A program made the translations under genes and the position numbers. The notes under the pieces are model-generated. The model did not search any database. It saw only the letters and a program-made list of their open reading frames with translations, and was not told where the DNA came from. This document shows positions 9,559-19,845 of a stretch of 64,000 nt of DNA, in pieces. Origin of the DNA: Nitrospirota bacterium (GTDB lineage Bacteria; Nitrospirota; Nitrospiria; Nitrospirales; NS-4); the NCBI GenBank assembly GCA_963788195.1, contig CAWBGA010000017.1, positions 544,001 through 608,000 on the forward strand, in the 5' to 3' direction. Position 1 is the first letter of the stretch; every line of letters begins with the position of its first letter.

Positions 9559-10400
9559 GCCAAGCTTCTCGCTCCGCTTGTCTTCAGGTAATACCGGACT
9601 GCCAAGAGCACGCCTCCCATCAATACGAACGACAGCGCCGACCCGAAGGGCCAGTCTCTTACAATCAGGTACTGCTGTTGGATAAGATTCCCGATCATCA
9701 GGGTCCTTGCCCCACCAAGCAGATCGGGAGTGACATACGCGCCGATGGTCGGTATGAAGACCAGCAGACATCCGGCCACAACACCCGGCTTCGCGAGCGG
9801 CAGAATCACCCGAGTGAACACCTGGCGGGAGCTCGCATAGAGGTCGCGCGCGGCTTCAATCATTGCGGGGTCCAGTCGCTCGAGAGCTGCATACAGCGGC
9901 AGGACCATAAAGGGCAGGTAGCCGTACACGAGCCCGATAATCACGGCGGTATCAGTGAACAGGAGGTTCAGGGGCTGCTCGATCATTCCAATCTCCAGCA
10001 AGATGGTATTGAGCAATCCCTCCGTCCGCAGTATGAACATCCACGCATAGGTACGCACCAGGAAATTCGTCCAGAAAGGAATGATAATCAGGAGGAGCAG
10101 GAGGGATTGCCATCTCTTCGGCGCCCGCGCGATCAGGTAGGCCAGGGGGAATCCAAGGAGAAGGCACACCACGGTCGTGAGGACGGCAATCCACAGTGAC
10201 CGCCAGAAGATGCGCAAGTAGAGGGGATCGAGAATACTGGTGTAGTTTGCAAGAGTGGCGGTCCATTCGATGCCTCCATAGGTCCCTCGCGAGGCGAAGC
10301 TAACCGCGAGCACCAGGATGAGCGGCACGACAAAAAAGAGAAAAAGGGACGCGGCAGGCGACAAGATCAGCCAAAAACGTTTCCGATCTACTACCCTCAC
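9555..10400 (-). CDS. potB: Polyamine ABC permease
   Basis: PFWTNFLVRTYAW, YLPFMVLPLY, EAARDL. Confidence 0.9.
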   Translation of the reverse strand: MRVVDRKRFWLILSPAASLFLFFVVPLILVLAVSFASRGTYGGIEWTATLANYTSILDPLYLRIFWRSLWIAVLTTVVCLLLGFPLAYLIARAPKRWQSLLLLLIIIPFWTNFLVRTYAWMFILRTEGLLNTILLEIGMIEQPLNLLFTDTAVIIGLVYGYLPFMVLPLYAALERLDPAMIEAARDLYASSRQVFTRVILPLAKPGVVAGCLLVFIPTIGAYVTPDLLGGARTLMIGNLIQQQYLIVRDWPFGSALSFVLMGGVLLAVRYYLKTSGARSLA

Positions 10401-11488
10401 TCCGGGAGCACAATTGCTTCGCCGGCATGCCATTTGACATAGAGGGATTCGCCGGCGTGGAAGCGTTTCGCAACGCCCCCAGCGCTTGGAACGCGAGCTT
10501 TCCAGGTCATATTATTGGGAAGGGTCAGCAGATACTGCATCTCGTTTCCTGAATAAATGGCCTTCGCGATGCGCGCGTGTAACTGGTTATGGAGCCGGCC
10601 TGAAGGATCGTAGTCACCACTAAGCTGCAAGAGTTCGGGGCGGATAGTCATCCGGACAGGGCGTCCGACAGTGAGACCCGGAAGCGATGGGGCGCGCACC
10701 GTGCCGATCCCGTCAACAGCAATCTGGATGGTCTCGGCCTGCACTTCCTGCACGCGCCCGATCAGAGTGTTTGAAATGCCGATGAAGTTTGCAACGAACG
10801 CCGACGTCGGTGCGCTATATACTTCCTCCGGGGTGCCAACCTGCAGCAGCCGCCCCTGATGAAGCACCGCGAGGCGATCCGACATTGTCAGAGCTTCCTC
10901 CTGGTCATGTGTGACGCAAATAAATGTGATGCCCACCCGTTCTTGGATCGCCTTGAGCTCGACCTCCATCTCTTGTCGCAACTGTTTATCGAGGGCGCCC
11001 AGGGGTTCATCGAGCAACAACACCGCCGGACGGTTCACCAGCGCACGCGCCAGCGCCACTCGCTGCTGCTCCCCTCCAGAGAGTTGGCTGGGAAACCGCT
11101 CGAGCTTGCCGCCCAGGCGCACCATCGCCAGAGCCTCGGCGACGCGCGGACCGATCTCGGCCGCCGGAATGTTTTTCATTTCCAATCCGAATGCCACGTT
11201 TCGCTCCACCGTCAAGTGGGGAAACAGTGCGTAATTCTGAAAGACCAGATTGACCGGTCGACGATTCGGGGGAACCCCGCGCATCGGAGCGCCCTCGATC
11301 AAGATGTCGCCGGCATCCGGCTGTTCAAAACCTGCCAGGAGCCGTAACGTCGTCGTTTTACCGGAACCACTGGGCCCCAGCAATGAGAAGAACTCACCGC
11401 GTCTGATGGAGACTGAAAGGCTGTCGAGAGCGACCGTCGCCCCGTGGCGTTTTGTGACCTCACGCAGTTCGACGCTATATTCAGTCAT
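10397..11488 (-). CDS. potA: Polyamine ABC ATP-binding protein
   Basis: GPSGSGKT, VFQNYALFPH, LSGGEQQR, TOBE-like C-terminus. Confidence 0.92.
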   Translation of the reverse strand: MTEYSVELREVTKRHGATVALDSLSVSIRRGEFFSLLGPSGSGKTTTLRLLAGFEQPDAGDILIEGAPMRGVPPNRRPVNLVFQNYALFPHLTVERNVAFGLEMKNIPAAEIGPRVAEALAMVRLGGKLERFPSQLSGGEQQRVALARALVNRPAVLLLDEPLGALDKQLRQEMEVELKAIQERVGITFICVTHDQEEALTMSDRLAVLHQGRLLQVGTPEEVYSAPTSAFVANFIGISNTLIGRVQEVQAETIQIAVDGIGTVRAPSLPGLTVGRPVRMTIRPELLQLSGDYDPSGRLHNQLHARIAKAIYSGNEMQYLLTLPNNMTWKARVPSAGGVAKRFHAGESLYVKWHAGEAIVLPE

Positions 11489-11569
11489 ATCGAAATGAAA
11501 CCCGATCACAACTCTGCGTGAAGAATCGAAAAATTCTATGGGTGGTGAGCGGGGATGTCAATGAACATC

Positions 11570-11890
11570 GCACCCACCCGCCCTGGGATGCGCCGAGACG
11601 CATCTCTTTTCCCCTTGCACCCACCCAGCCCATTCCACCCGCCCTTCCCAGGACGTAATCGCACCCGCCCACCCCAGTCTGCCAAGACAGCCTCTTACTC
11701 TGCCCCGAGCGCGCCAAGCTCCTTTCCCGTGGCCCCGAGCTCGCCAAGACGAGCTCCTTTCCCGTAGCCTGGAATCATTCGACCCCTTGCAAATGAAGGC
11801 AAGGGGTGCCCCGGACAGATTCCTTTTCCCCATTGCACCCGCCCACCCTGGAGTTTGCCAAGACAAACTCCCTTGCCCCTGGCCCCCACC
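11570..11890 (+). repeat. Cluster of GCCRAGAC hairpin repeats
   Basis: Hairpins at 11585-11606, 11676-11693, 11737-11756 and 11850-11871, plus the nested insert at about 11770-11825. Confidence 0.85.
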
Positions 11891-11938
11891 CTTTAGATTT
11901 TGCTAAAAATTCTCTGGTCTTGCTACAATGTCGCCCTA

Positions 11939-13156
11939 ATGAGGAATGTCCTTACCATGATTCTGGCCGGCGGGCGCGGTGAGCGGCTTCATCCGCTCAC
12001 TGACCAGCGGGCTAAACCGGCGGTGCCATTCGGCGGTAAATACCGGATCATCGATTTTACGCTCAGTAACTGCATTAACTCGGGATTGCGGAATGTCACC
12101 ATCCTCATCCAGTACAAGTCCCACTCGTTGGACCGCCATATCCGGCGAGCCTGGAACATTTTCAGCCCCGAGATGGGCGAGTACATCATCTCTTTACCCC
12201 CCCAGCAGCGGATCAGCCAGGACTGGTACAAGGGCACAGCCGATGCCGTATTTCAAAACTGGTTTATCGTCGAGGCAGAGAACCCCGAGTACCTATTGAT
12301 CCTTGGCGGCGACCATGTATACAAGATGAACTACAAGGACATGTATAGTTTTCTACAGCAAAAGCAGGCCGACGTAGTGGTCGGCGCCATTGAATATCCG
12401 CTGGCCGAGGCTTCAAACTTCGGCGTCATTGGCGTGAACAACGACTCGCAAATCACCGGATGGCAAGAAAAACCGAAAAAGCCCAGTCCCATACCCGGCG
12501 ACCCGAACCACGCGCTCTGCTCAATGGGCATCTATCTCTTCCGCACATCACGTCTGCATGAGCATCTGTTGGCTGACGCCCCGAGGGACAGTTCGCACGA
12601 CTTCGGCAAGGACATCATCCCCGGCATGATCCAGAAGTCCCGTGTCTTCGCGTACAATTTTCGTGACGAAAATCGCAAGGCGGTAAAGTACTGGCGTGAC
12701 GTCGGCACTCTGGACGCATACTGGGAAGCCAATATGGATCTAGTCTCCGTTGATCCGCTCTTCAATCTCTATGATCGTAACTGGCCGATCCGGACTGACC
12801 AAGGGCAATACCCTCCGGCCAAGTTTGTCTTCGCGGAGGAAGGACAGGGGGGGCGACTGGGCATCGCCCTCGACTCGATGATTACGGGCGGCTGTATCAT
12901 CAGCGGGGGCCGAGTGCAGAACTCGGTACTGTCCCCTCGAGTCCGGATCAACGAGTACGCGGAGGTCTCTGAATCCGTCGTCATGGAGAACGTGGTGATC
13001 GGCGACCGTTGCCGCATCCGGCGCGCCATCATCGATAAGGACGTGGTGATCCCGCCGAAGACTGATATCGGTTACGACCTGGAGTCGGATGCCAAACGAT
13101 TCACCGTTACGGAATCGGGTATCGTTGTCATCTCCAAAGGCATGAAACTTTCATGA
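11939..13156 (+). CDS. glgC: Glucose-1-phosphate adenylyltransferase
   Basis: ILAGGRGERL, RAKPAVPFGGKYRIID, WYKGTADA, DFGKDIIP, YWRDVGT. Confidence 0.97.
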   Translation: MRNVLTMILAGGRGERLHPLTDQRAKPAVPFGGKYRIIDFTLSNCINSGLRNVTILIQYKSHSLDRHIRRAWNIFSPEMGEYIISLPPQQRISQDWYKGTADAVFQNWFIVEAENPEYLLILGGDHVYKMNYKDMYSFLQQKQADVVVGAIEYPLAEASNFGVIGVNNDSQITGWQEKPKKPSPIPGDPNHALCSMGIYLFRTSRLHEHLLADAPRDSSHDFGKDIIPGMIQKSRVFAYNFRDENRKAVKYWRDVGTLDAYWEANMDLVSVDPLFNLYDRNWPIRTDQGQYPPAKFVFAEEGQGGRLGIALDSMITGGCIISGGRVQNSVLSPRVRINEYAEVSESVVMENVVIGDRCRIRRAIIDKDVVIPPKTDIGYDLESDAKRFTVTESGIVVISKGMKLS

Positions 13157-13737
13157 CGCCGCAGCTGCCCGAACGGTACGGACGGTGCGAAGTGGCCCTC
13201 ATGGTGGTCCATCCGTTTCTTCTCTTCTCGTATTGGGAAGCATCTCCGGAGAGTTGCCGGCAGGCCTTCGATACCCTCGGCCCGGAGATGGATGGCGCGC
13301 GAGCAATGCTGCGCATGTACGACATCTCACTGATCAATTTCAATGGCAGAAACGCGCATCACGTCTTCGACATTGACGTCGGATTGGAGGCCCGCGGCTG
13401 GTACATCCCGCTCTGGACGGCCGAGAAGTCCTATTGCGCCGACTTGGGCTTTCTGGCCCGTACCGGGCGATTTCACACGATTGTTCGTTCGAACGTCATT
13501 CACACTCCCAGAGCCGCCCCGTCCTCCCGAACCGACGAGCAGTGGATGCGTGTCCCTTTCACCCGACGGCGTAAGCCTGACCCGCGGTCCCTCGAATACG
13601 TTCCGGCACCTCCATATGGCCGCCAATCACCCGCTGGGCACGGTCCGGTACCGGAACGGACCCGTGACGGGCTTGCGGAATCTTTGGGCGAATATCTCGC
13701 CGGCGGGGCGCCGACTTCTCGTCAAGGCAACCGGTGA
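13153..13737 (+). CDS. DUF4912 domain protein
   Basis: LPERYG...LMVVHP..LFSYWE, LRMYDI and RSNVIHTPR motifs; coupled to a GH57 gene. Confidence 0.8.
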   Translation: MTPQLPERYGRCEVALMVVHPFLLFSYWEASPESCRQAFDTLGPEMDGARAMLRMYDISLINFNGRNAHHVFDIDVGLEARGWYIPLWTAEKSYCADLGFLARTGRFHTIVRSNVIHTPRAAPSSRTDEQWMRVPFTRRRKPDPRSLEYVPAPPYGRQSPAGHGPVPERTRDGLAESLGEYLAGGAPTSRQGNR

Positions 13738-15323
13738 CCCCTCAGCCTCTCGGTTATTTGTGCCTCGTGCTGCACTGTCATCTGCCCTACGTGCGTCATC
13801 CTGAGCACGAGAGTTTTCTCGAAGAGAACTGGCTGTACGAAGCGATCAGCGATACCTATATCCCCCTCCTCCGGATGATGGATGGCCTGCTCAGGGACGG
13901 CGTGGATTTCCGCCTGACGATGACCCTCTCTCCGCCGCTCATCTCGATGCTCCGTGATCCATTGTTGATTTCCCGCTTCGAGCGGCACCTGAACAAGCTC
14001 ATTGAATTGGCGGAGAAAGAAAGCCACCGCACGCGCTTTCAGCCCGAGTTCCAGCGGCTCGCCGAGATGTACATTCAGCGCTTTCAGCAGACCCGGCATG
14101 CTTTTATGCAGGAGTACCGCCACGATCTCGTCGGGGCCTTTGACCGGATACAAGAGCTCGGCAAGTTGGAGATCATCACGTGTGGGGCGACCCATGGATT
14201 TTTGCCGCTGCTCAACGTGGTCCCAAGTGCGGTGCGCGGCCAACTGCGCACGGCGGTCGACCATTATGAGGAAACCTTCAGGCGCCCGCCGCACGGCATC
14301 TGGCTGCCGGAATGCGGGTACTTTCCCGGGCTCGATGCGACGCTGCGCGATGTAGGCCTGCAGTTCTTCTTCACCGAAGCCCACGGACTGATGTACGCGG
14401 ACCCCCGACCCCGCTATGGTTTGCACGCGCCGGTCTTTTGCCCGACCGGCGTGGCGGCCTTTGCGCGGGATATGGAGTCCTCAAAACAGGTGTGGAGCGC
14501 CGACGAAGGATATCCCGGGGACCCGGCCTACCGGGACTATTACCGGGACGTCGGCTGGGATCTGGATTACGAGTATGTGCGCCCGTATGTCCAAGCAACC
14601 GGGCAGCGCATGAACACGGGGATCAAGTACTATCGCATCACCGGTAAGACCGATGAGAAGCAGCCGTATGACCGGGTCTGGGCCCTCGAACGGACGGCCG
14701 ATCATGCCGCGAACTTCATCTTCAATCGCGAGCGGCAAGCCGAATGGCTCGGTGGCTCTATGGACCGTCCGCCGGTCGTTGTGGCTCCTTATGACGCAGA
14801 ACTGTTCGGTCACTGGTGGTTCGAAGGACCGGAATTTCTGGATAATCTGTTTCGCAAGCTGCACGGCGGCAGCCACATCATTCAGGCAATCACCCCGGCC
14901 GAATACCTGGAACGGCATGATGTGAACCAGGTCTGCACGCCCTGCGGTTCCTCTTGGGGCGCCAATGGCTATCACGAGGTGTGGCTCAACGGCTCAAATG
15001 ATTGGATCTACAGGCATCTGCATGTGGCTTCACGCCGGATGGAAGAGCTGACAGGACGGTTTTCCGAGGCGGACGGGGCAGTCTTGCGGGGCCTCAAGCA
15101 GGCGGGCCGGGAGCTTCTGCTCGCGCAAAGCTCGGATTGGGCGTTCATCATGAAAACCGGCACCATGGTCGAGTACGCCGTCAAGCGCACGAAAGATCAC
15201 CTCCATCGCTTCACACGTCTGTACGAGCAGCTTCTTTCAGGGAATCTCGAACTCGAATGGCTCAAGGACATCGAAGACAAGGACAACATCTTCCCGAATT
15301 TGAATTACCGGAATTTCTCCTGA
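13734..15323 (+). CDS. GH57 1,4-alpha-glucan branching enzyme (DUF1957 C-terminus)
   Basis: HCHLPYV, GIWLPEC, YDAELFGHWWFEG, LAQSSDW. Confidence 0.93.
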   Translation: MTPQPLGYLCLVLHCHLPYVRHPEHESFLEENWLYEAISDTYIPLLRMMDGLLRDGVDFRLTMTLSPPLISMLRDPLLISRFERHLNKLIELAEKESHRTRFQPEFQRLAEMYIQRFQQTRHAFMQEYRHDLVGAFDRIQELGKLEIITCGATHGFLPLLNVVPSAVRGQLRTAVDHYEETFRRPPHGIWLPECGYFPGLDATLRDVGLQFFFTEAHGLMYADPRPRYGLHAPVFCPTGVAAFARDMESSKQVWSADEGYPGDPAYRDYYRDVGWDLDYEYVRPYVQATGQRMNTGIKYYRITGKTDEKQPYDRVWALERTADHAANFIFNRERQAEWLGGSMDRPPVVVAPYDAELFGHWWFEGPEFLDNLFRKLHGGSHIIQAITPAEYLERHDVNQVCTPCGSSWGANGYHEVWLNGSNDWIYRHLHVASRRMEELTGRFSEADGAVLRGLKQAGRELLLAQSSDWAFIMKTGTMVEYAVKRTKDHLHRFTRLYEQLLSGNLELEWLKDIEDKDNIFPNLNYRNFS

Positions 15324-15366
15324 GAGGGGTAGAGTTGGCAACAGCATTCGTTGAGAAACGATAACG

Positions 15367-16272
15367 ATGGCTATCGAGGTTTGGCCGGCCTTGCCTTTGG
15401 AGGCTTGGAAAGATACCTATGCGACGCTGCACATGTGGACACAAATCGTCGGCAAGATTCGGCTCACGCAAACCGCGCCGCTCAATCACTGGTGGAATGT
15501 CACGCTCTATGTCACCTCCCACGGACTCACAACATCCCCGATGCCCTATGGAGACCGTCTCTTTGAGATAGACTTCGATTTCATTGATCACAATCTACTG
15601 GTCAAAGCCAGTGACGGCTCCTCCAAAATTGTCCGTCTGCAGCCGCGTTCTGTGGCTGAATTTTATCGGGAGCTAATGGACGCCCTGCAATCGCTGGGGT
15701 ACCCCGTGACCATCTGGAGCAAGCCGGTTGAGGTGCCGGACCGAACTCCCTTTGAACAGGATCACACCCATGCAGCCTATGACCCCGAATACGCCCAGCG
15801 CGTCTCGCGCATTCTGCAACAAGCCAGCCGCGTGTTCGCAGAGTTTCGTTCCCGTTATATCGGCAAGGTCAGCCCCGTGCATTTCTTCTGGGGCGCCTTC
15901 GATCTGGCGGTCACGCGATTCTCCGGGCGCCCGGCGCCTCAACACCCCGGCGCGCCGAATGTCGCCCGATTTGTGGCAATTGAAGCGTACTCGCACGAAG
16001 TGAGCAGTTGTGGTTTTTGGCCGGGCGGCGGCCCGGTGGACCAGCCGGCCTTCTACGCCTATGCCTATCCGGAGCCTGAAGGCTTCAAGGAGTACCCTAT
16101 CCAGCCGGCTGAGGCGTTCTACCATACAGAGATGAAAGAGTTTTTGCTGCCCTACGACGTCGTGCGGACCGCGAAATCGCCGGATCAAGTGCTCCTCGCT
16201 TTTCTGCAAAGCACCTATGAAGCCGCAGCCACCCTGGGCAAGTGGAATCGGGCTTCACTGGAGCGTGCGTGA
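15367..16272 (+). CDS. DUF5996 family protein
   Basis: TLHMWTQIVGK, NHWWNV, PVHFFWGAFDLAVTRFSG, AYSHE. Confidence 0.85.
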   Translation: MAIEVWPALPLEAWKDTYATLHMWTQIVGKIRLTQTAPLNHWWNVTLYVTSHGLTTSPMPYGDRLFEIDFDFIDHNLLVKASDGSSKIVRLQPRSVAEFYRELMDALQSLGYPVTIWSKPVEVPDRTPFEQDHTHAAYDPEYAQRVSRILQQASRVFAEFRSRYIGKVSPVHFFWGAFDLAVTRFSGRPAPQHPGAPNVARFVAIEAYSHEVSSCGFWPGGGPVDQPAFYAYAYPEPEGFKEYPIQPAEAFYHTEMKEFLLPYDVVRTAKSPDQVLLAFLQSTYEAAATLGKWNRASLERA

Positions 16273-16302
16273 AACATATTGCATCCACCCACCCTGGGAT
16301 AA

Positions 16303-16373
16303 GGGGACAGGCTACTTTTTCAGTTTTCATGCCGCAGCCCCAAAACCCTTCTCCGAAAAAGTTGCCTGTCCCC
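16303..16373. repeat. GGGGACAG-type REP-like inverted repeat
   Basis: GGGGACAGGCTACTTTTTC ... GAAAAAGTTGCCTGTCCCC: 19-bp arms with one mismatch. Confidence 0.8.
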
Positions 16374-16465
16374 CTGTATGCCGGTACGAGTCGGCGCTGG
16401 CGGCATTCTAACGAACTCCTTATGGAATCCTCATCATAAGCCGCACTCTTCGGCATAATCCCGCT

Positions 16466-18085
16466 GTGATGGCAAATCTGCATCAACTTGAAATCGTCAT
16501 CCTGTTGCTATTGGCAGTGCTGATGCTCACGACCGTCGCCCGTAACGTCCTCATCCCCTACCCCATCCTGCTTGTCGTGGGAGGCCTTGTCTTGGGGATG
16601 CTGCCCGGCCTTCCGGTCATTCGTCTCGATCCGGATCTGGTATTTCTGGTCTTTCTTCCGCCGATTCTCTGGGCTGCGGCGTACTTTACCTCCTGGCGCG
16701 ATTTCCGAGCCAACTTGCGACCGATCACCCTCCTCGCCGTCGGACTCGTGCTTGCCACTACCGCCGCCGTCGCCCTGATCGCTCATACGTTGCTTCCCGG
16801 ATTAGGGTGGGCAGGAGCCATCGTGCTCGGGGCAATCGTATCTCCCCCTGACGCCGTTGCCGCGACGACGATTGCGCGGCGTCTTAATCTGCCGCATCGC
16901 GTCGTCACCATCCTGGAGGGCGAGAGTCTGGTGAACGATGCCACGGCGCTCGTGCTCTACCGTGCCGCCATCGCAGCCGCAGTGAGTGGAACGTTTGTCC
17001 TCAGTGAAACACTCGTCCAGTTCCTCTTTGCCGGAACCGTCGGTGTGGTCGTTGGCTTGGCCGTGGGAGCGGTCACGCGTTGGGCGCTCTGCTTGACGAA
17101 TGACACGTCCACGGATATCGGTGTCACTCTTCTTGCGCCCTATGTCGCCTGGGTGCTCGCGGAAGCCGTCCATGCCTCCGGCGTGCTCGCCTGCGTCGCG
17201 GGCGGACTCTACATTAGGCAGCACTTCAGCACCATTGCTCCCAACACTCGCCTCCAGGGGCGGGCAGTCTGGGGCTTTGTCGTGTTTCTGTTGAACGCAG
17301 TCCTGTTTATCCTGATCGGATTGCAGCTCGGCGGGCTCCGGGGCGCCATTCAATCGTATGGGCTGGGCACCCTCATCTGGCATGGCGCGATCGTCAGCGC
17401 CACCGCCATCGGGGTGCGCCTCGCCTGGGTGCCGGTCGCTGCGTACGTTCCGCGTCTGCTGAGCCCCGCTCTGCGGGCGCGGGATCCGCTCCCGCCTTGG
17501 TCAACTATCTTTCTGATCGGATGGACAGGTATGCGCGGCATCGTTTCGCTGGCCGCCGCCTTGGCGATCCCGTTCACAATAGCGTCGGGCCCGCCTTTTC
17601 CCTTCCGGGATGAAATCATTTTGCTGACGTTCGCGGTGATTCTGTCCACGCTGGTCTTGCAGGGTCTGACGCTTTCCCCGCTTATTCGCTGGCTCAACAT
17701 TGAAACCGATCAGACCCTGGTCCGCGAAGAGGCTCACGCTCGGGAGCAGGCAGCATCCGCGGCCTTGGGACGCCTCGACCAGCTTGCCACGGAATCATGG
17801 CCGGTGCCGGAACATGTGGAGCGGCTGCGCGTCAACTATGCCCAGCGGGCGAAACGATTTGCTTGTCCTGATGCGTCGGATCCCGACTGTTCGCCCGACG
17901 CCGCGGCGGCGTATCGGCGCCTGCGGCATGAAGCCCTGGCGGCAGAACGGCAGCGGGTGATCGCATTGCGAGATCAAGATGTAATCAGCGATGAAGTTCT
18001 CCACCGCCTTGAGCATGAGATGGATGTCGAGGCACTCCGAATGGGCGTTGGCGAGATCCGCGCGGGTGCCAAAGGGGGGCAATGA
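16466..18085 (+). CDS. Na+/H+ antiporter, CPA1 (YjcE/NhaP-like)
   Basis: FLPPIL, SPPDAVA, LEGESLVND, GMRGIVSLAAAL; about 12 TM helices. Confidence 0.92.
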   Translation: MMANLHQLEIVILLLLAVLMLTTVARNVLIPYPILLVVGGLVLGMLPGLPVIRLDPDLVFLVFLPPILWAAAYFTSWRDFRANLRPITLLAVGLVLATTAAVALIAHTLLPGLGWAGAIVLGAIVSPPDAVAATTIARRLNLPHRVVTILEGESLVNDATALVLYRAAIAAAVSGTFVLSETLVQFLFAGTVGVVVGLAVGAVTRWALCLTNDTSTDIGVTLLAPYVAWVLAEAVHASGVLACVAGGLYIRQHFSTIAPNTRLQGRAVWGFVVFLLNAVLFILIGLQLGGLRGAIQSYGLGTLIWHGAIVSATAIGVRLAWVPVAAYVPRLLSPALRARDPLPPWSTIFLIGWTGMRGIVSLAAALAIPFTIASGPPFPFRDEIILLTFAVILSTLVLQGLTLSPLIRWLNIETDQTLVREEAHAREQAASAALGRLDQLATESWPVPEHVERLRVNYAQRAKRFACPDASDPDCSPDAAAAYRRLRHEALAAERQRVIALRDQDVISDEVLHRLEHEMDVEALRMGVGEIRAGAKGGQ

Positions 18086-18103
18086 CGGAACAGGTCACTC
18101 CCA

Positions 18104-19720
18104 TTAAGGAATATATCTTCCGGGGGCGATAATATTCTGCGGGTCCCAAGCCTGCTTGAGCTGGGCAACAGCTTTCCAGTAGACCGGCGCCTGCTTTCGA
18201 ACTTGCTGCATCACCGCTGGGGACCCCCGATAGGGGACATATCCTTGCGCTAATAAGACGTCGAGCAACTTCTCGCCGCACTGCTCCGCTCGGGTCGTTT
18301 CCTCCTTGCTGTGCTTATCGAAGCAAATACTCATGATCGCGGAGAGCGCACGCTCCGTCGTGCAGGACAGGGTCATCTGGTATTCGAAGCCGAACTGATG
18401 GAAGATGGGCTCAACCAATCTCGTGAACTCCCCCACGGCTTGTCCCGTCATCGGCAGCACAGGGGTGATCCACATGATGCCGGACCCACTGTCGAGAGGA
18501 TCCTCCGTGGCGTCAGGGTCCTGCCGAGCCCGCCAGTGACTTCCTTTTAACGTCCCGTAAGAGGGCCGTCCTGCGAGCAAGTCCATGCCCTGCCGAACCA
18601 GGGCTACATGCCGAGCTAACGAGTGATTAGGAATCAGTAGCCGAACGAACCTGGCAAGCCGGTTCGCCCATCGGAAACGCCTCTCGTCCAAAAAGAAAAG
18701 TCGATCAAGCCCGGGCAGGCGTGATAGTTCCCTCTTGATCCTCCGTCGGGCGGCCGAAGTCTCTTGGCGGCTTCCGGACAGAGTGCCACTGGCCCCCCAC
18801 GAGGGCAACGCGAATTCGCGACATAATCGCTGAAGTAATTCGGGGCGCTGCTTTTCCAAGGCCTGTGTCCCGTCTGCGTCGTTCCAGGGATACCGCGTCA
18901 GACCGGCGAGCATGCGGCGTTCATTGAAACAATGAACGGTGCTTCGCACCGTGCCTTGCAAACGTAGCCGCCGCAGCGCGTCCACCAAGCCACCGATCGC
19001 CTCAGGGGCTTTCAAGGCGACGAAGAAATATTCAATGGACTCTGGTTTGGGCATCAGCCAGATGGTCATCCGGGTGATGATTCCCAGGTTGGATTGGGTG
19101 AGAAGGCCGTCCAGCGAAGGGCCGACACCCCATTTATAAAGATGTTGCGCGCGCGCATTTGGATAGCCGCCAAATCCCGTTGTTATCAGCGAGCCGTCTG
19201 GAAGGACCACCTCATAGTTGCAGCTGCAGGCAAAACGATCGCCGTAGGAACTATGGCCAAAGCCGCGTTCGAGCGTGTTGCCGATCAGGCTGGTGTCCGG
19301 TCCGGCGCCGGTGCAGTCCATCATGAGAGGGGTCTGAGTTTTTTCAAGATACGTGAACAGTTGACCCTGGGTCACGCCGGGCTCTAGTACGGCATACGCC
19401 AACTCAATATTCACTTCCAGGATCCGGTTCATTCTCGAAAGATCGATCAGGAGGCAATCCGGAATAGGGGCGCAGGCATCGCCATATCCCCAATTCTTAC
19501 CGGTACTGATCGGATACACAGGAAGTGTATTGGCAGCTGACAGGCGGACAATCTGTTGGACCTCTTCACGGCTGGTTGGCTGAATCACAGCCACCGGTCT
19601 TGCTCCTTCTTGCGGCAGTGTGGTCCGCGCCCAACGGTCGCGGACGGCCGGCTCCATTGAAAAACGTTCCGGGCCCACAATCCGGACCAGTTCTTCAATC
19701 AGGTGGGGCTTAAGATCCAT
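18104..19720 (-). CDS. FAD-binding oxidoreductase, VAO / p-cresol methylhydroxylase flavoprotein family
   Basis: PISTGKNWGYG, EPGVTQ, GNTLERG, QSNLGI, DPQNIIAPGRY. Confidence 0.88.
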   Translation of the reverse strand: MDLKPHLIEELVRIVGPERFSMEPAVRDRWARTTLPQEGARPVAVIQPTSREEVQQIVRLSAANTLPVYPISTGKNWGYGDACAPIPDCLLIDLSRMNRILEVNIELAYAVLEPGVTQGQLFTYLEKTQTPLMMDCTGAGPDTSLIGNTLERGFGHSSYGDRFACSCNYEVVLPDGSLITTGFGGYPNARAQHLYKWGVGPSLDGLLTQSNLGIITRMTIWLMPKPESIEYFFVALKAPEAIGGLVDALRRLRLQGTVRSTVHCFNERRMLAGLTRYPWNDADGTQALEKQRPELLQRLCREFALPSWGASGTLSGSRQETSAARRRIKRELSRLPGLDRLFFLDERRFRWANRLARFVRLLIPNHSLARHVALVRQGMDLLAGRPSYGTLKGSHWRARQDPDATEDPLDSGSGIMWITPVLPMTGQAVGEFTRLVEPIFHQFGFEYQMTLSCTTERALSAIMSICFDKHSKEETTRAEQCGEKLLDVLLAQGYVPYRGSPAVMQQVRKQAPVYWKAVAQLKQAWDPQNIIAPGRYIP

Positions 19721-19845
19721 TGTGAAGCAAGAATATACTGGCCCTGGTCAATTCATCTAATTCTATTTACTACCTCCTGCCATAGCGTTGTCCTCCTTTC
19801 TATGTTGACTGCATATAATACGCTCGCGGCGCGACCCTTTGACGA

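Noticed and set aside
11481..11889. Short ORFs in the repeat clusters (also 8361-8760 and 609-827)
   Set aside because: They are translations of G/C-rich repeats with low-complexity products.
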